A stretch of DNA of 64,000 nucleotides, from contig NC_058368.1 of the NCBI RefSeq assembly GCF_018350175.1, positions 78,184,001 through 78,248,000 on the forward strand. The letters run 5' to 3'. Positions 52,578-64,000 of the stretch are shown piece by piece. The translations under genes and the position numbers were made by a program. Source of the stretch: Felis catus. Its lineage: Eukaryota. Numbering within the stretch: position 1 is the stretch's first letter; each line of letters starts with the position of its first letter. The notes under the pieces were generated by a model, which was not told the DNA's origin, did not search any database, and worked only from the letters and a program-made list of their open reading frames with translations.

Positions 52578-52790
52578 GGGGCGCCTGGGGGACTCAGTCG
52601 GTTAAGTGTCTGACTTGATCTCACGGTCTGTGAGTTCGAGCCCTGCGTCCGGCTCTGTGCTGAGAGCTCAGAGCCCGGAGTCTGCTTCAGATTCCCTCTC
52701 TGAAGTTCTCCCTCTCTCTGACCCTCCCCCCGCCCCCCCGTTCATGCTCTGTCTCTCTCTGTCTCAAAAATAAACATCAAAAAAATTTTA
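52578..52790 (+). mobile_element. CAN-SINE
   Basis: Head, (CT)n, A-tail; imperfect TSD AAATAAAAATTTC/AAATAGAAATTTC. Confidence 0.94.
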
Positions 52791-53419
52791 AATAGAAATT
52801 TCCTCATGTTTTCACCGTATAGCAACCTAAGTCTGCGTAAACTGTATGAAATCCTTATTCCTAACAGTCCAGTGCACCTACAAAATCCAAAGAAATTAAA
52901 AATAAATAAATGAAAACAAAACTAGAAAAATAAATTTGTTTCAAGTCGGTAATATTTATTCACCTAGATTATTTTGCTGAAATGAAACTACAAATGATGG
53001 CTTTAACAATAAAGAACATGTACTTAATCATACGGAAAAGTCTGCCCCACCTATTTCTATTTGAACATTTAAGTCTCACGGTGACTTAAATATACAATAG
53101 AGAAAATGCTTATTTGCATCGGCAACTTTTATAAAATATTAATAACTTTGACTTGGCCGCTTGAGCTAATCAAGCTTCTCACTTTAATGAAACTGTCACA
53201 AAAGGTTCCCTAGTAATGATTTTAGTCAGGATTCGTGTGTTATTTGGATATAAAGTTTGCATAGCTGCATTACTGAATTCTGCATTTCATGGCAATCTCC
53301 GCCACTACCGGGAACAGAAGAGTCTTCACTGAAAATAAAGTGTTGCAAATTGACAAATGCGTCTGCTCACAATCTGAAGGTAGAAACGTCTGTGATGGCA
53401 GAGGTCTCTTTGAACTCAC

Positions 53420-53480
53420 TCGTTTCCTGCCCGTGGGAGATGTGTTATGGCCCAATTCATCCACCATTTTTCTCAGATTC
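53420..53480 (-). other. Candidate 61-nt exon
   Basis: ttttgcag acceptor, CGA|gtgagt donor, one open frame NLRKMVDELGHNTSPTGRKR. Confidence 0.3.
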
Positions 53481-53594
53481 CTGCAAAACCCTCATTTCTA
53501 CACTGTCCCCCAGATGTTTACATTTGCCCCTTTAGCTGAGGCAACGTTAAACACAGGTATTATTGTAGCAGAATTAGGCTACCTATTGAATGTT

Positions 53595-53827
53595 TTTTGT
53601 TTTGTTTTTGTTTTTTAACATTTATCTATTTATTTTTGAGAGAGAGGGAAAGCACCAGCGGGGAGGGGCAGAGAGAGACAGGAAGACACAGAATCCAAAG
53701 CAGGCTCCAGGCTCCCAGCTCCCAGCTGTCAGCACAGAGACCAACGCGGGGCTCGAACCCATGAACTGGGAGATCATGACCTGAGCCAAAGTCGGATGCT
53801 TAACCGACTGAGCCACCCAGGTGCCCC
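53595..53827 (-). mobile_element. CAN-SINE
   Basis: Antisense body ending CCCAGGTGCCCC. Confidence 0.94.
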
Positions 53828-55838
53828 TATGAAATGTTTACAAACACTTAATATAAAAATATGGACAAACTGAAGGCCTCTGAGAATGTTTACCCGGCTA
53901 GGATGGGGCTCGGGGTCACAGTTGGAGACATTACAGATTCTGAGCGTAATAGCTAATAAAAATATGAAGGTTCTTTTTCTTAAGTGAATTCCCAGAATGC
54001 ATTTCTTTCGTTGAGAAATTCAAATGTAAGACACTGGTGGGAGAGGTGAAATATATCACCAAGGCTCTAAATAATCCTGTGACCCATTGCTGCTGATTTT
54101 CTTGCTACTCTCTGCTTCTTTTACGAAGCTGAACATTCCTAGTGACTTCCAAAACGGATGTCGATGAGAAATGGTGTAAATACGGACAAACACGAGGTTC
54201 TCTCTCAGATCCTTGTTTCACTTCCCTTATTTATCTACTTTGCTGCTTTGAAGTAGGCAAGAGAAAAGCCCAGGCTCATTTCTGCCTTTCCCCTGTGTGC
54301 AGTGAGGATGTCAATGGGCACAACATTTTCAAAGGGAACAGAACAAGAAAGAGCCGGAGGAACACGGGCCACGGCAGAGGAATTAACGGGCTCACCCTCT
54401 CCCCGCAAAGAGAGCTAGCTCTCCCTCTGGAATAACAAGAAGGCGGAATCTTTTTTAAAGCTACGCGTTCCTGGTATTTTGGAAAAGATCAACGTTTGTC
54501 AGCATGATGCTTGTGCAGTTTAAAAGGAAAAGTGTAGATGGACCAACCATCCTTTCAATTACAAACAAGTAAAAATGTTAATGGACGACGAACAGGGGTC
54601 AACTTGCAGGCCATATCCGTTTGTCCTGCGTTCTCGGTGTGACAACTAAAAACATGAAATTGACACGTAGAGGCTTTGAGATCAGGGCATTGCAGTTTGT
54701 GAAGGGAAAATTGCAAGTAAAACTTTTAAGGACACTGAAATTTCCAAGAGCTTTAATTTAGAGTGAACGATCGCTTTTGAGCACATAAATTTCCATAATT
54801 GATACCTGGAACCAAATCATTGTTTTTGTCATTCTTGTTGTTTTCTTTTTTTTTTTTTTTTTTTAAGTAGAAAGGAATCTTGGACATGGGCTTATCCTAT
54901 CTCTTCATTTCAGAGCTAAGCCTGACTCAGGAGCATAGTCCCCTTGTTAGGGGCATGGTGATATTTGTTAGATGAAGTTTGGGTTAGGGTGTTCATTTCA
55001 TTACTAACTGGAGCATGGCCAGAGGGGAGGGTACTGACTTCCTAAGCCTCACTGTTGTTACCTATAAAATAGGAAGGAGTATCTGTCATATGAGGCTGTC
55101 ATGAAGAATAGGCCAGATAGGAGCATAAAGTACCTTGTATACAAAAAGCGTCTTATAAATGGCAGCTATAATTAGTAATGCTTGAAATCACACGATTAAT
55201 GACTACACTATGATGGTACATGCTGTGGAAAACATACGCTCTGCAGGTTAGCACCCCATAGAACAGTAACCATCACAGACTATTACAGAAACAACATCGG
55301 ATTAACAAGACATGTTTCTTGTCTTGACTTGGATATCAGTTAAGTGTGTGGTTTGGGGTACTTCACTGTAACTTCTCACAGTCTTTATTTCTCCTAAGTA
55401 AAACATAGGGCGAGCCTACATTTCCTGGAAATGCCTTTCCAGAGACAAAATTATATCATTATCTGCACCTGCCGGCATTCATGGTCTATGAATAATATGT
55501 AGAGGGCTCACACCTTTTATGCAAGGTAGGTGAAGACATTGCACTTGACCTGACACAAGGCTTCAGCCACCAATGGGGAAATGGCTGAATCTTGCCTGTG
55601 CTATTCCCTAAAGAGTTTCTATCTCTTGTGATGAAATCAATCAATACAAAAGTTACCGTGTGGCAGTTAAGATGACAAGGTGATGGGACCTATGGGAAAC
55701 CCAAGTTTGAAAAGGTAGACGTGCACATAAGAAGAAAAGTAACTTCATTCAACCCAAAGCATAGTCTGTGGTAATAGCAGGTGTTAAATTCAGGCTGAGC
55801 ATATGAATAAAAGAGCAGAAGATTTAACATTAACTGGG

Positions 55839-56061
55839 TTTTTTTTAAATGTTTTGTTTATTTTTGAAAGAGAGAGACAGAGACAGAGACAGAGTGTGAG
55901 GGAGGGAGGGGCGGAGAGAGAGGGAGACACAGAATCCGAAGCAGGTTCCAGGCTCCGAGCTGTCAGCACAGAGCCGGAAGTGAGACTGGAACTCACAGAC
56001 CACAAAATCATGACCTGAGCTGAAGTTGGACGCTTAATAGACTGAGCCACCCAGATGCCCC
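55839..56061 (-). mobile_element. CAN-SINE
   Basis: TSD TAACATTAACTG. Confidence 0.95.
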
Positions 56062-56784
56062 TAACATTAACTGTTTTAAAGATAGATAAGCCTCAGAAAA
56101 GAAGGAGACAGCCAGTGACAAGGACATACTTTATATCCTTCTGTCCTGCAGTCTTTCCCTTACAGGTACCTTATTCTTTTATTTTATACCTTCAGCCATT
56201 GTTCATATTTCTGCATTCCATAACTCAGGCATAAGCAAGAAGGGAGGAATGAAAAGGACAGGCAGTGAAAAACCACCTTTTCCTAAAACCTTCTGGAATC
56301 TTTCGACTTGCATTTGAACCTTACATTACTTCCTGAATTTAGACAATTCCCCTACCTGAAATTCTGGTCCCCCTGGTCTCTTGACAGTAGCGGCAAGAAG
56401 AAGAGTATTTCAAGGTCAGGTTTGGAGAAAGATTCAGGGCTCTGCCACATTCCCGCCTGACACAAACCTGTTAGAATCTTACATCACTTTTATAATCCCT
56501 TATTTGACTTCTTCTCACCAATGGCTCGCCAAGGATGCAGTGGGGCTCTGTGAGACTTTGGCTTGTTTCTTTCATTCATGTGATAAATGTCATTGAATGC
56601 CTACTGCCTTCTACATCCTGTGACAACTCTTTTGTGCTACGATAGCGAAGAAGCTCAAACCGTACTTACGGACATGGCTTTTGTAGCATCTAAAGAACAC
56701 AGGAAGATGGGCTGGGGTAATCTAGGGACCCCTTACAAAGTGAAGACAGTGTTTAACCCATTCTTTCCCATGGTCCCAAAATAA

Positions 56785-56872
56785 TTTTTTTTTAAGATTT
56801 TATCTTAATTCCAGGTAGTTAACATACAGTGTTATACTAGTTTCGGGTATACACTATAGTGACTCAACACTT
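56785..56872 (-). mobile_element. Short carnivore L1 3'-end fragment
   Basis: TAGTTAACATACAGTGTTATACTAGTTTCGGGTATAC. Confidence 0.65.
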
Positions 56873-57249
56873 GCCTCCATCCCAAAATACGCTTTTGTAT
56901 GCAATTTCAGTTGCTGTCCATCAGACTGCTCCTCGTGGCTGACCTTGGGATGTGGATGCTGACACGGGGAGTACTCACGTAGAGATAGGGATGATAACTG
57001 CCTAGAACACACTAACCATATAAACTGGGATTCCCATCATATTGCCCAATATTGTCAATATTGCCCAACAACCACGGCAGCAAGGTTAGCTGCTTTCCAA
57101 GAAGAGTTGTTTCAACCCACCTGTCCTATAAAGGTAAAATATTAGAATTCCTCCAAACAAATTGTAAGATCTTAGAGAGTTTTTCTCCACAAGAACATAG
57201 AGTTTATCATTTCTTTGTTGAAGATTGGGTGGTTTTTTTTTGGTAATGT

Positions 57250-58212
57250 ATTTGTTTTTTAAAAAAAAATTTTGTCTATTTAAATTCAAGTCAGTTAACA
57301 TACTGTGTAATATTGGTTTCAGGAGTAGAACACAGTGATTCATCACATACATGTAACACCCAGTGCTCATCTCAACAAGTGTCCTCCTTAATGCCCATCA
57401 CCCATTTAGCCCATCCCCCCCACCTCCCCTCCAGCAACCCTCGGTTTGTTCTCCATATTTAAGAGTCTCTTAAATGGTTTGCCTCCCTGTTTTTATCTTA
57501 TTTTTCTTTCCCTTTCCCTATATGTTCATCTGTTGTGTTTCTTAAATTCCACATATTTTTACTGACTTATTTTGCCTAGTATAATACACTCTAGTTCCAT
57601 CCACGTTGTTGCAAATGGCAAGATTTCATTCTTTTTGATCATGGAGTAGTATTCCATTGTGTGTGTATACACACACACACACACACACACACACAATGTA
57701 TATCTTCTTTATCTATTATATATACACACTTTATATATACACACATCTATTCATCAGTGGATGGACATTTGGGTTCTTTCCGTAATTTGGCTATTGTTGA
57801 GGATACCTGGGTGGCTCAGACTCTTGCTTTTGGCTCAGGTCATGATCTCGCGGTTCGTGAGTTTGAGCCCTTTGTCCATTTCTGCACTGATAGCGGGGAG
57901 TCTGTGTGGGATTCTCTCTCTCTTCCTCTCTCTCTGCCCCTCCCAGCTTACTGTCTCTCTCTCTCTCTCTCTCAAAAAATAAAGAAACATAAAAGAATTT
58001 TTAAATCAGTTATTGTTGATAGTGCTGCTATAAACATTGGGGTGGTCCTTTGTATCAGCATTTTTGTATCCTTTGGATAAATACCTAGTAGTGCAATTGC
58101 TGAGTCATAAGGTAGTTCTAGTTTTAATTTTCTGAGGAACCTCCATACTGTCTTCCAGAGTGGCTTTACCAGTTTGCATTCCAACCAACAGTGCAAAAGG
58201 GCTCCCCTTTCT
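57250..58212 (-). mobile_element. Carnivore L1 3' end, interrupted by a SINE
   Basis: Antisense 3'UTR and ORF2 C-terminus ([21 protein letters not shown]). Confidence 0.9.
57801..57995 (+). mobile_element. CAN-SINE nested in L1
   Basis: Head, (CT)n, A-tail; flanks share TATTGTTGA. Confidence 0.9.
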
Positions 58213-58312
58213 CCACATGCTCACCAACATCTGTTTATTTATTTATTTATTTTGAGAGAGAGAGAAAGAGAGGAGCATGCTCGCACGCATGGGGGAGGGG
58301 CAAAGAGAAAGG

Positions 58313-58356
<44 letters not shown>

Positions 58357-58475
58357 CCCCAGAAGGCTCAGCGCTGACAACCAATGTGGGACTCAATCCT
58401 ATGGACCTGTGAGATCACGACATGAGCTAAAATCAAGAGTCAGACACCTAACAGACTGAGCCACCCAAGCGCCTC
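58213..58475 (-). mobile_element. CAN-SINE with expanded (GA)n
   Basis: Antisense body ending GAGCCACCCAAGCGCC. Confidence 0.9.
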
Positions 58476-59578
58476 TCTTTGTTGAAGATCCTTCTGTGGA
58501 TCCTTATTTCCTGATGAGATACAGACTCGAGCAGGAAAAGTGACATTCTTCGTAGTCTTGCTCCTTCCGTACTTACTAATCACTCCCCCGCCATACACCA
58601 TCCTCCAGCCATAACAACGTCTTTCCTGCTGTCTGGACACAAACAGTCTTTCACGTAACAGCATTTTATCCTGCCCCGTTTGTCGGAAACGCTCCACCCT
58701 CTTTGTTGTATTTGGCAAACTCTTACTCACTTTTCAAAACCTCTGCTGGGTTCCTTGTTCTTTCCTCGGTACCCTCACATACTTGCTGAGACCATCTAGC
58801 ACAGCCCATACCAATTTACACTGTAAGGTGCTGTCTTACATTGCCCATTTAACTTAATGGGCATGAGTCATCAAAGGCACAGTGGATCATTGATTTTTGT
58901 ATCACCAGAGATTTGGGCTGAATCAAATAAATTAAAAGATTCAGGGTCTCTCTAAACTCCGAAGAGCAAATGTAGGTATGTTTCAACAGCAGGGGACTTA
59001 AAAAGGGAAAATGGCTGGAGAACGATGGAAGGCTCTCATAATGAAATTGTGAAGATGTACTAGCATATGACCTAACCAAGGAAAAAAATTAATATCTATT
59101 TGAAGAGGCTTTTGTAGTTGTACAGGCTGTTCTCTAGTGAGTTAAGATAGCAATGGGAATGTACATAAAAAGGAAAAGTAACTAGGTGCACCGAAAAGAT
59201 AGGAACTCAGGAGGAAGGTGTTTTATTCTAAGCTATCCATAGAGCTTTATTCTGCCATCGGAAAGCAGGATTCTTTCATGGGGCAGTAGGATGGGAAAGA
59301 AAGATGGCGATGTCCGCCAGACCACAGGAGATGTGCGTGGGGACAGTTTTCTATCCTACGTGGCTGCTTGAGGTGTTGAGTTATATCAGTCAGATGAGTA
59401 AAATTTCCTAGTTTCATGCTCTCCCGGTGGTATTAACGAGGATCCTGGCAGTTCAGTACAGGTCATACCTCCGTCCCCATGGGGAAGAAGACTGGAAATG
59501 AATAGACAGGTTATTAGAGCCACAGCCAAATGAGTTAGTGGGAGTTCGTCTCCAGCGAGATAAAAGAGTGTACACTGT

Positions 59579-59775
59579 GGGACCCCTGGATGGCTCAGTC
59601 GGTTGAGGGAAGACTTCATTCAGCTCAGGTAATGATGTCACAGTTCATGAGTTTGAGCCCTGCAGTGGGCTTTGCACTGACAGCACAGAGCCCTCAGACT
59701 CTCTGCCTCCCTCTCTTTCTGCCCCACTCATACACACACACACTCTCTCTCTCAAATAAACATTTTTAAAAAAAG
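59579..59775 (+). mobile_element. CAN-SINE (diverged)
   Basis: Head, (CA)/(CT) runs, A-tail. Confidence 0.88.
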
Positions 59776-60631
59776 AGTATAAATCAGAGTCCGAGGAGGT
59801 CAGTTATTGGGCTGGGAAATTATAGTGTGAGATATTGAGATTAGGCGACTCTGTGGTGCTTCTACATATAGGAAAGTGTAGAAGGGAAAAAAATTCCCAC
59901 TAAGGACAAGAGATACCAAGCTTGAACAGGGCGATTTATTCTCCTTTCACAGATGAAAGTGGTGATTTTAATGTTTATTGGCTATTTCAGCTAGGTCCTC
60001 TAGCAGAATGATGTTAGGGAAGATAAAAATGGAATATAAAGTCAACAATGCAACATGGCTACTGTAGGCTACCCAACCCTAATCTTCATTAATAAGAACA
60101 AATTAATAGAAATGTATTATCTAGAATAAAATATGTGATCAGTACTCTATTTTTGAACTATCAAGTACACACCAAAAATGTCATGTTATGTTCTTGGCAT
60201 AAATGTTAAGATGGAAAAGGACGCATGAACATATTAAATGGAGATCAATAGTCAGAATTCAAGATAATCTCCAACTATGCTATCTAAATGCAGGATTATG
60301 TTTAGCCAGAAAAAGAAAAACGCGACTGATTATAGCACTATTAAAATGTAGATGAGGGACTAAATCTGTGAATCTGAAGAATTTGTGGAGTTGGAATTGG
60401 TACCAATAATTTGAAGTCTGAGAGTTTATACTCTGTATTAAAAACAGACACCTACCCCTTTTCTCCTGTGGTAGAGATGCCCATTCAAAAATAGAATGTT
60501 CGGCCTTTGCAAAATGTACAGTCATAAACTGTACTCTTTGGTGAAATATTTTGTCCGATTGTTAACAGGTAAAAAAGAGATTAGAATTCTCAACTCAGTG
60601 ACATCTATGAATTTTAAAATCAACTCTGTAT

Positions 60632-60854
60632 GGGGCATGTAGGTGGCTCAGTCAGTTAAGCACCCAACTTGATTTGGGCTCAGGTCATGATCTCCCTGTT
60701 CGTAAATTTGAGCCCCACGTCTGGCTCCATGCTGATAATGCAGAGGCTTCTTGGGATCCTCTCTCCCTCTTTCTCTGCCCCTCCCCCGCTCATTTGCTTT
60801 CTCTTGCTCTCAAAATAAATAAAAAATAAACTTTAAAAAAGTTAAAAACAAAAT
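60632..60854 (+). mobile_element. CAN-SINE
   Basis: TSD TAAAATCAACTCTGT. Confidence 0.95.
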
Positions 60855-63139
60855 AAAATCAACTCTGTGTTATTGCAAACAATAGTGTTATGAACATTAG
60901 GATCCATGAGGGAGAATATCTCAGGGGATACACCTAGGAGAAGACATTCTCATGGTCAAGAGCAGGTATTTCCTGCTAGTTATCTATCAACAGTATATGA
61001 GCTTTAGTTCATCTTCTCCAATTCTTACAAACGCTATTTCTTTTTCTTGTCTCACTCCACTCTTCATAATGAATGGAAGCAGTAAGCATGGCCATTTTGT
61101 CTCCTTTCTTATTTTAAGGGGAATCCCTCTAACATTTGTCCATTAAAAATTGTGTCAGTAAAGTTCCATTACAGGAAACGAAACCACTTCAACTATTCTC
61201 AGCGTAAAATTCGTTACCATAGAGCATTGGGTACTGATAAGATATTTGAAAATGCTGGTATAGTGGAGTCTTGACTGCTCACACAAGAAAGTATGACTTT
61301 CCTGACTTGGCTTTCTAAAACCTTCAGGAGCATGGCTGCCACCTAATTTCCACCTTCCGGATCTCATATGTTTATCCAACTGGAAGGGCTTTATTCATTT
61401 TCAGAACCCTACCTGTGAGGGAAGCTTTACACTTTCTACTTTCAAGTTTCTGCAAAGCCTCACTAGAAGGTGTGCCGAGAGCCTCCACACCCGTACATTC
61501 TCTTCCACGGACACTTGCACTTTCAAACATTCTTGTTACACTCCCACTCCCTTAAAAGGGAGACCATAGTCCATCGATCAGTGTGCACATCTCGGGATAA
61601 CGCTTCCGGGTCAGTCATAAGTCATAATCCCACCTTACTCTCCTATAACCTAAGGACTTAATGGCCAACCTTCATCAACACTCCTTTCATTCATGCTGTA
61701 AAAAGGGGAGAGGAAATTGCTTCATGTTTATAAATCCACACTTAAGAAAGCAAAATGAAAATAAGGGTAATTACTAGAGTCTTAGTTTCTGCAATTAATC
61801 AAGAGATTGCAATTGATATTTAAAAAGTGTTCTCCTTCCACCCATCATATATTTCCATTGCCTCAGTCAGCATCTTAGCTGGATGGGTTCTTTATTTGTG
61901 TTAAGGGTTGCGGTGGGGGACACAAATCTTTATTCCCACTGGGTCTGAGCCTCTCGTGGTCTTGTCCTTAGGGACTTGCTGAAGTCTCTCATGAATTTTT
62001 GCCACTGGACATGACATTGAAATGAGGTACCCCAAATGTTTATCTAGGATTCTAACACATTCATCCTAACTCACGTTGCCAGCAGAGGCTCCACCTCCCC
62101 ACGCTTGACAAGATAAACAAGCCTAGCTAATAAAATATTTGGGGGCTATTGAATCAATGGCATGAGGAAACCAAAATGGCAGGTCCACGGTCTCAGTGGA
62201 AACATTGTTATATCCTGTGATGAATCATCTCTCCCTTAAGCCCTAGACTTCTGACAGAGCAGAGTCTAAATTCATGGTGATGGATAACAAGTATTTTGCA
62301 AATGGCCCTTAGGTGTAAGAGTGAGAGGTGCCATTGCTTCTTTTACCCTTGGTTTCTCAGTCCAATGTTCTGGCTCTGGAGGAGACGGCATTGTTTCTTC
62401 ATTGATCTTTCAGTGCCTATACATAGGATATATGTATATGCACACAAGGTATTTTCTCTCAGTTGATGCTGTAAACCGAATTGTCATGAGCCAGCTGCAT
62501 CTAATAACTGGGTATACAACATGAGTGAATGCCATGGCAAAGTGTATTACCTTCTGTATTTTGCCATTAAAAAAAGAGATACTTAATCAGAAGTAATGTA
62601 CTGGGGAAAAATAATGTTGTATGGAATACTACAAAAGAGAATAAGACATTTAACAAGGTTATAGTGGTGGTCCTGGAATAACAGACATGGAAGTCAAATC
62701 CATATTGAAGTAGGTATATGGGACCCACTATAATGAAAATGAGCCTGTGGAGTCAATCTGCCACTAAGTAGCCGGTGGCCCTCAAGGGAATCAAGCCTTA
62801 TCAGGGACTTGGCGTCTGTCTCTGCTTTGGTAGAGTGGGTCCTGAGCAGCCTTGGCCTCGGTTCAGCTTTGTGGAATGTAAGTCTGTATTATTGAGGACT
62901 ATGCTCAAATTTATAAAATTAGGAGGTCTTTCTACCCTTGGTTATCTTGTATTTATTTCTAATAAAATGCATTGGGTTCAGAGAATGTATAGTACCAGTT
63001 ACTTTATTTGGTATTTGTTTGTTAATACCTGCTTTATGAGTCAGACACAATTTTTATAAATGCTTTATAGTACACTTAAGAAAAGTTTATTTTAAGTATA
63101 TGTGTGTGTATATATAAACCAGGTTATATATACATGTTG

Positions 63140-63548
63140 TTTTTAACTTTAATTTTTAAATTTAAATTCAAGTTCGTTAACACACAGCGTAGTCTTGGCT
63201 TCAAGAGTAGAACCCGGTGATTCATCTCTCACAGATGGCAACCAGTGCTCATCCCAGCAAGTGCCCTCCTTAATGCCCGCCACCCATTTATCCCATCCCT
63301 CCCACCCACCTCCCACTAGAAACCCTCAGTTTGTTCTCTGTATTTAAGAGTTTCTCCCTCTCTGTTTTTATCTTATTTTTCCTTCCTTTCCCCCATGTTC
63401 ATCTGTTGCATGAGTGAAATCATATGATATTTGTCTTTCTCTGACTACTTATTTCATTTAGCGTAATACATTCTAGTCACATCCACATTGTTGCAAATGG
63501 CAAGGTTTCATTCTTTTTGATCGCCAAGTAGTATTGCATTGTATATAT
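63140..63548 (-). mobile_element. Carnivore L1 3'-end fragment
   Basis: Closely parallels 57282-57660. Confidence 0.88.
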
Positions 63549-63549
63549 A

Positions 63550-64000
63550 TTTTTATATGAAATTTATTGTCAAATTGGTTTCCCTGCAACACCCAGTGCT
63601 CATCCCAATAGGTGCCCTCCTCAATGCCCATCACCCACTTTCCCCTCCCCCCCCCCCAGTCAACCCTCAGTTTGTTCTCAGTATTTAAGAGTCTCTTATG
63701 GTTTGTCTCCTTCCCTATCTGTAACTTTCCCCCCCCCTTCCCCTCCCCACTGGTCTTCTGTTGAGTTTCTCAGGATCCACATATGAGTGAAAACATGTCT
63801 GTCTTTCTCTGCCTGACTTCTTTCACTTAGCATAACACTCTCCACTTCCATCCACGTTGCTACAAAAGGTCATATTTCCTTCTTTCTCATTGCCACATAG
63901 TATTCCATTGTGTATATAAACCACAATTTCTGTATCCATTCGTCAGTTGATGGACATTTAGGCTCTTTCCATAATTTGGCTATTGTTGAAAGTACTGCTA
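63550..64000 (-). mobile_element. Second L1 3' end of another subfamily, runs off window
   Basis: ATGAAATTTATTGTCAAATTGGTTTCC...CAACACCCAGTGCTCATCCCAA. Confidence 0.88.

Noticed and set aside
2436..60860. Many ORFs with RERERE, SLSLSL, MAQSVKRPT or GAPGW motifs
   Set aside because: Read-through of CAN-SINEs, not genes
1..64000. CRISPR array, rRNA, or prokaryotic/viral coding system
   Set aside because: No regularly spaced repeats, no rRNA-like sequence, no gag/pol/env or other viral ORFs seen

Overview
Mammalian genomic DNA from a cat-family (felid) carnivore. This is inferred from about 30 tRNA-derived CAN-SINEs of the SINEC_Fc type and a felid-type LINE-1. The window is dominated by repeats. 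It holds one near full-length but dead L1 (42818-50018, 14-bp TSD, ORF1 and ORF2 broken by stops and frameshifts), older L1 pieces, solo LTRs (MER34-like, ERV1-like, MLT1, MLT2, LTR16-like), L2/MIR/MER5 relics and microsatellites. I recognise no host protein-coding gene; most ORFs in the track are SINE or L1 read-through. Unique sequence contains several exon-like units with good splice signals on both strands. The best are a + strand penultimate/terminal exon pair at 31389-31835 and a 198-nt open symmetric - strand exon at 33125-33322. There are also clustered transcription-factor motifs that may mark enhancers. Repeat subfamily names are from recall, not from a database search. I found no evidence of a genuinely new biological system; the findings are hypotheses to test.
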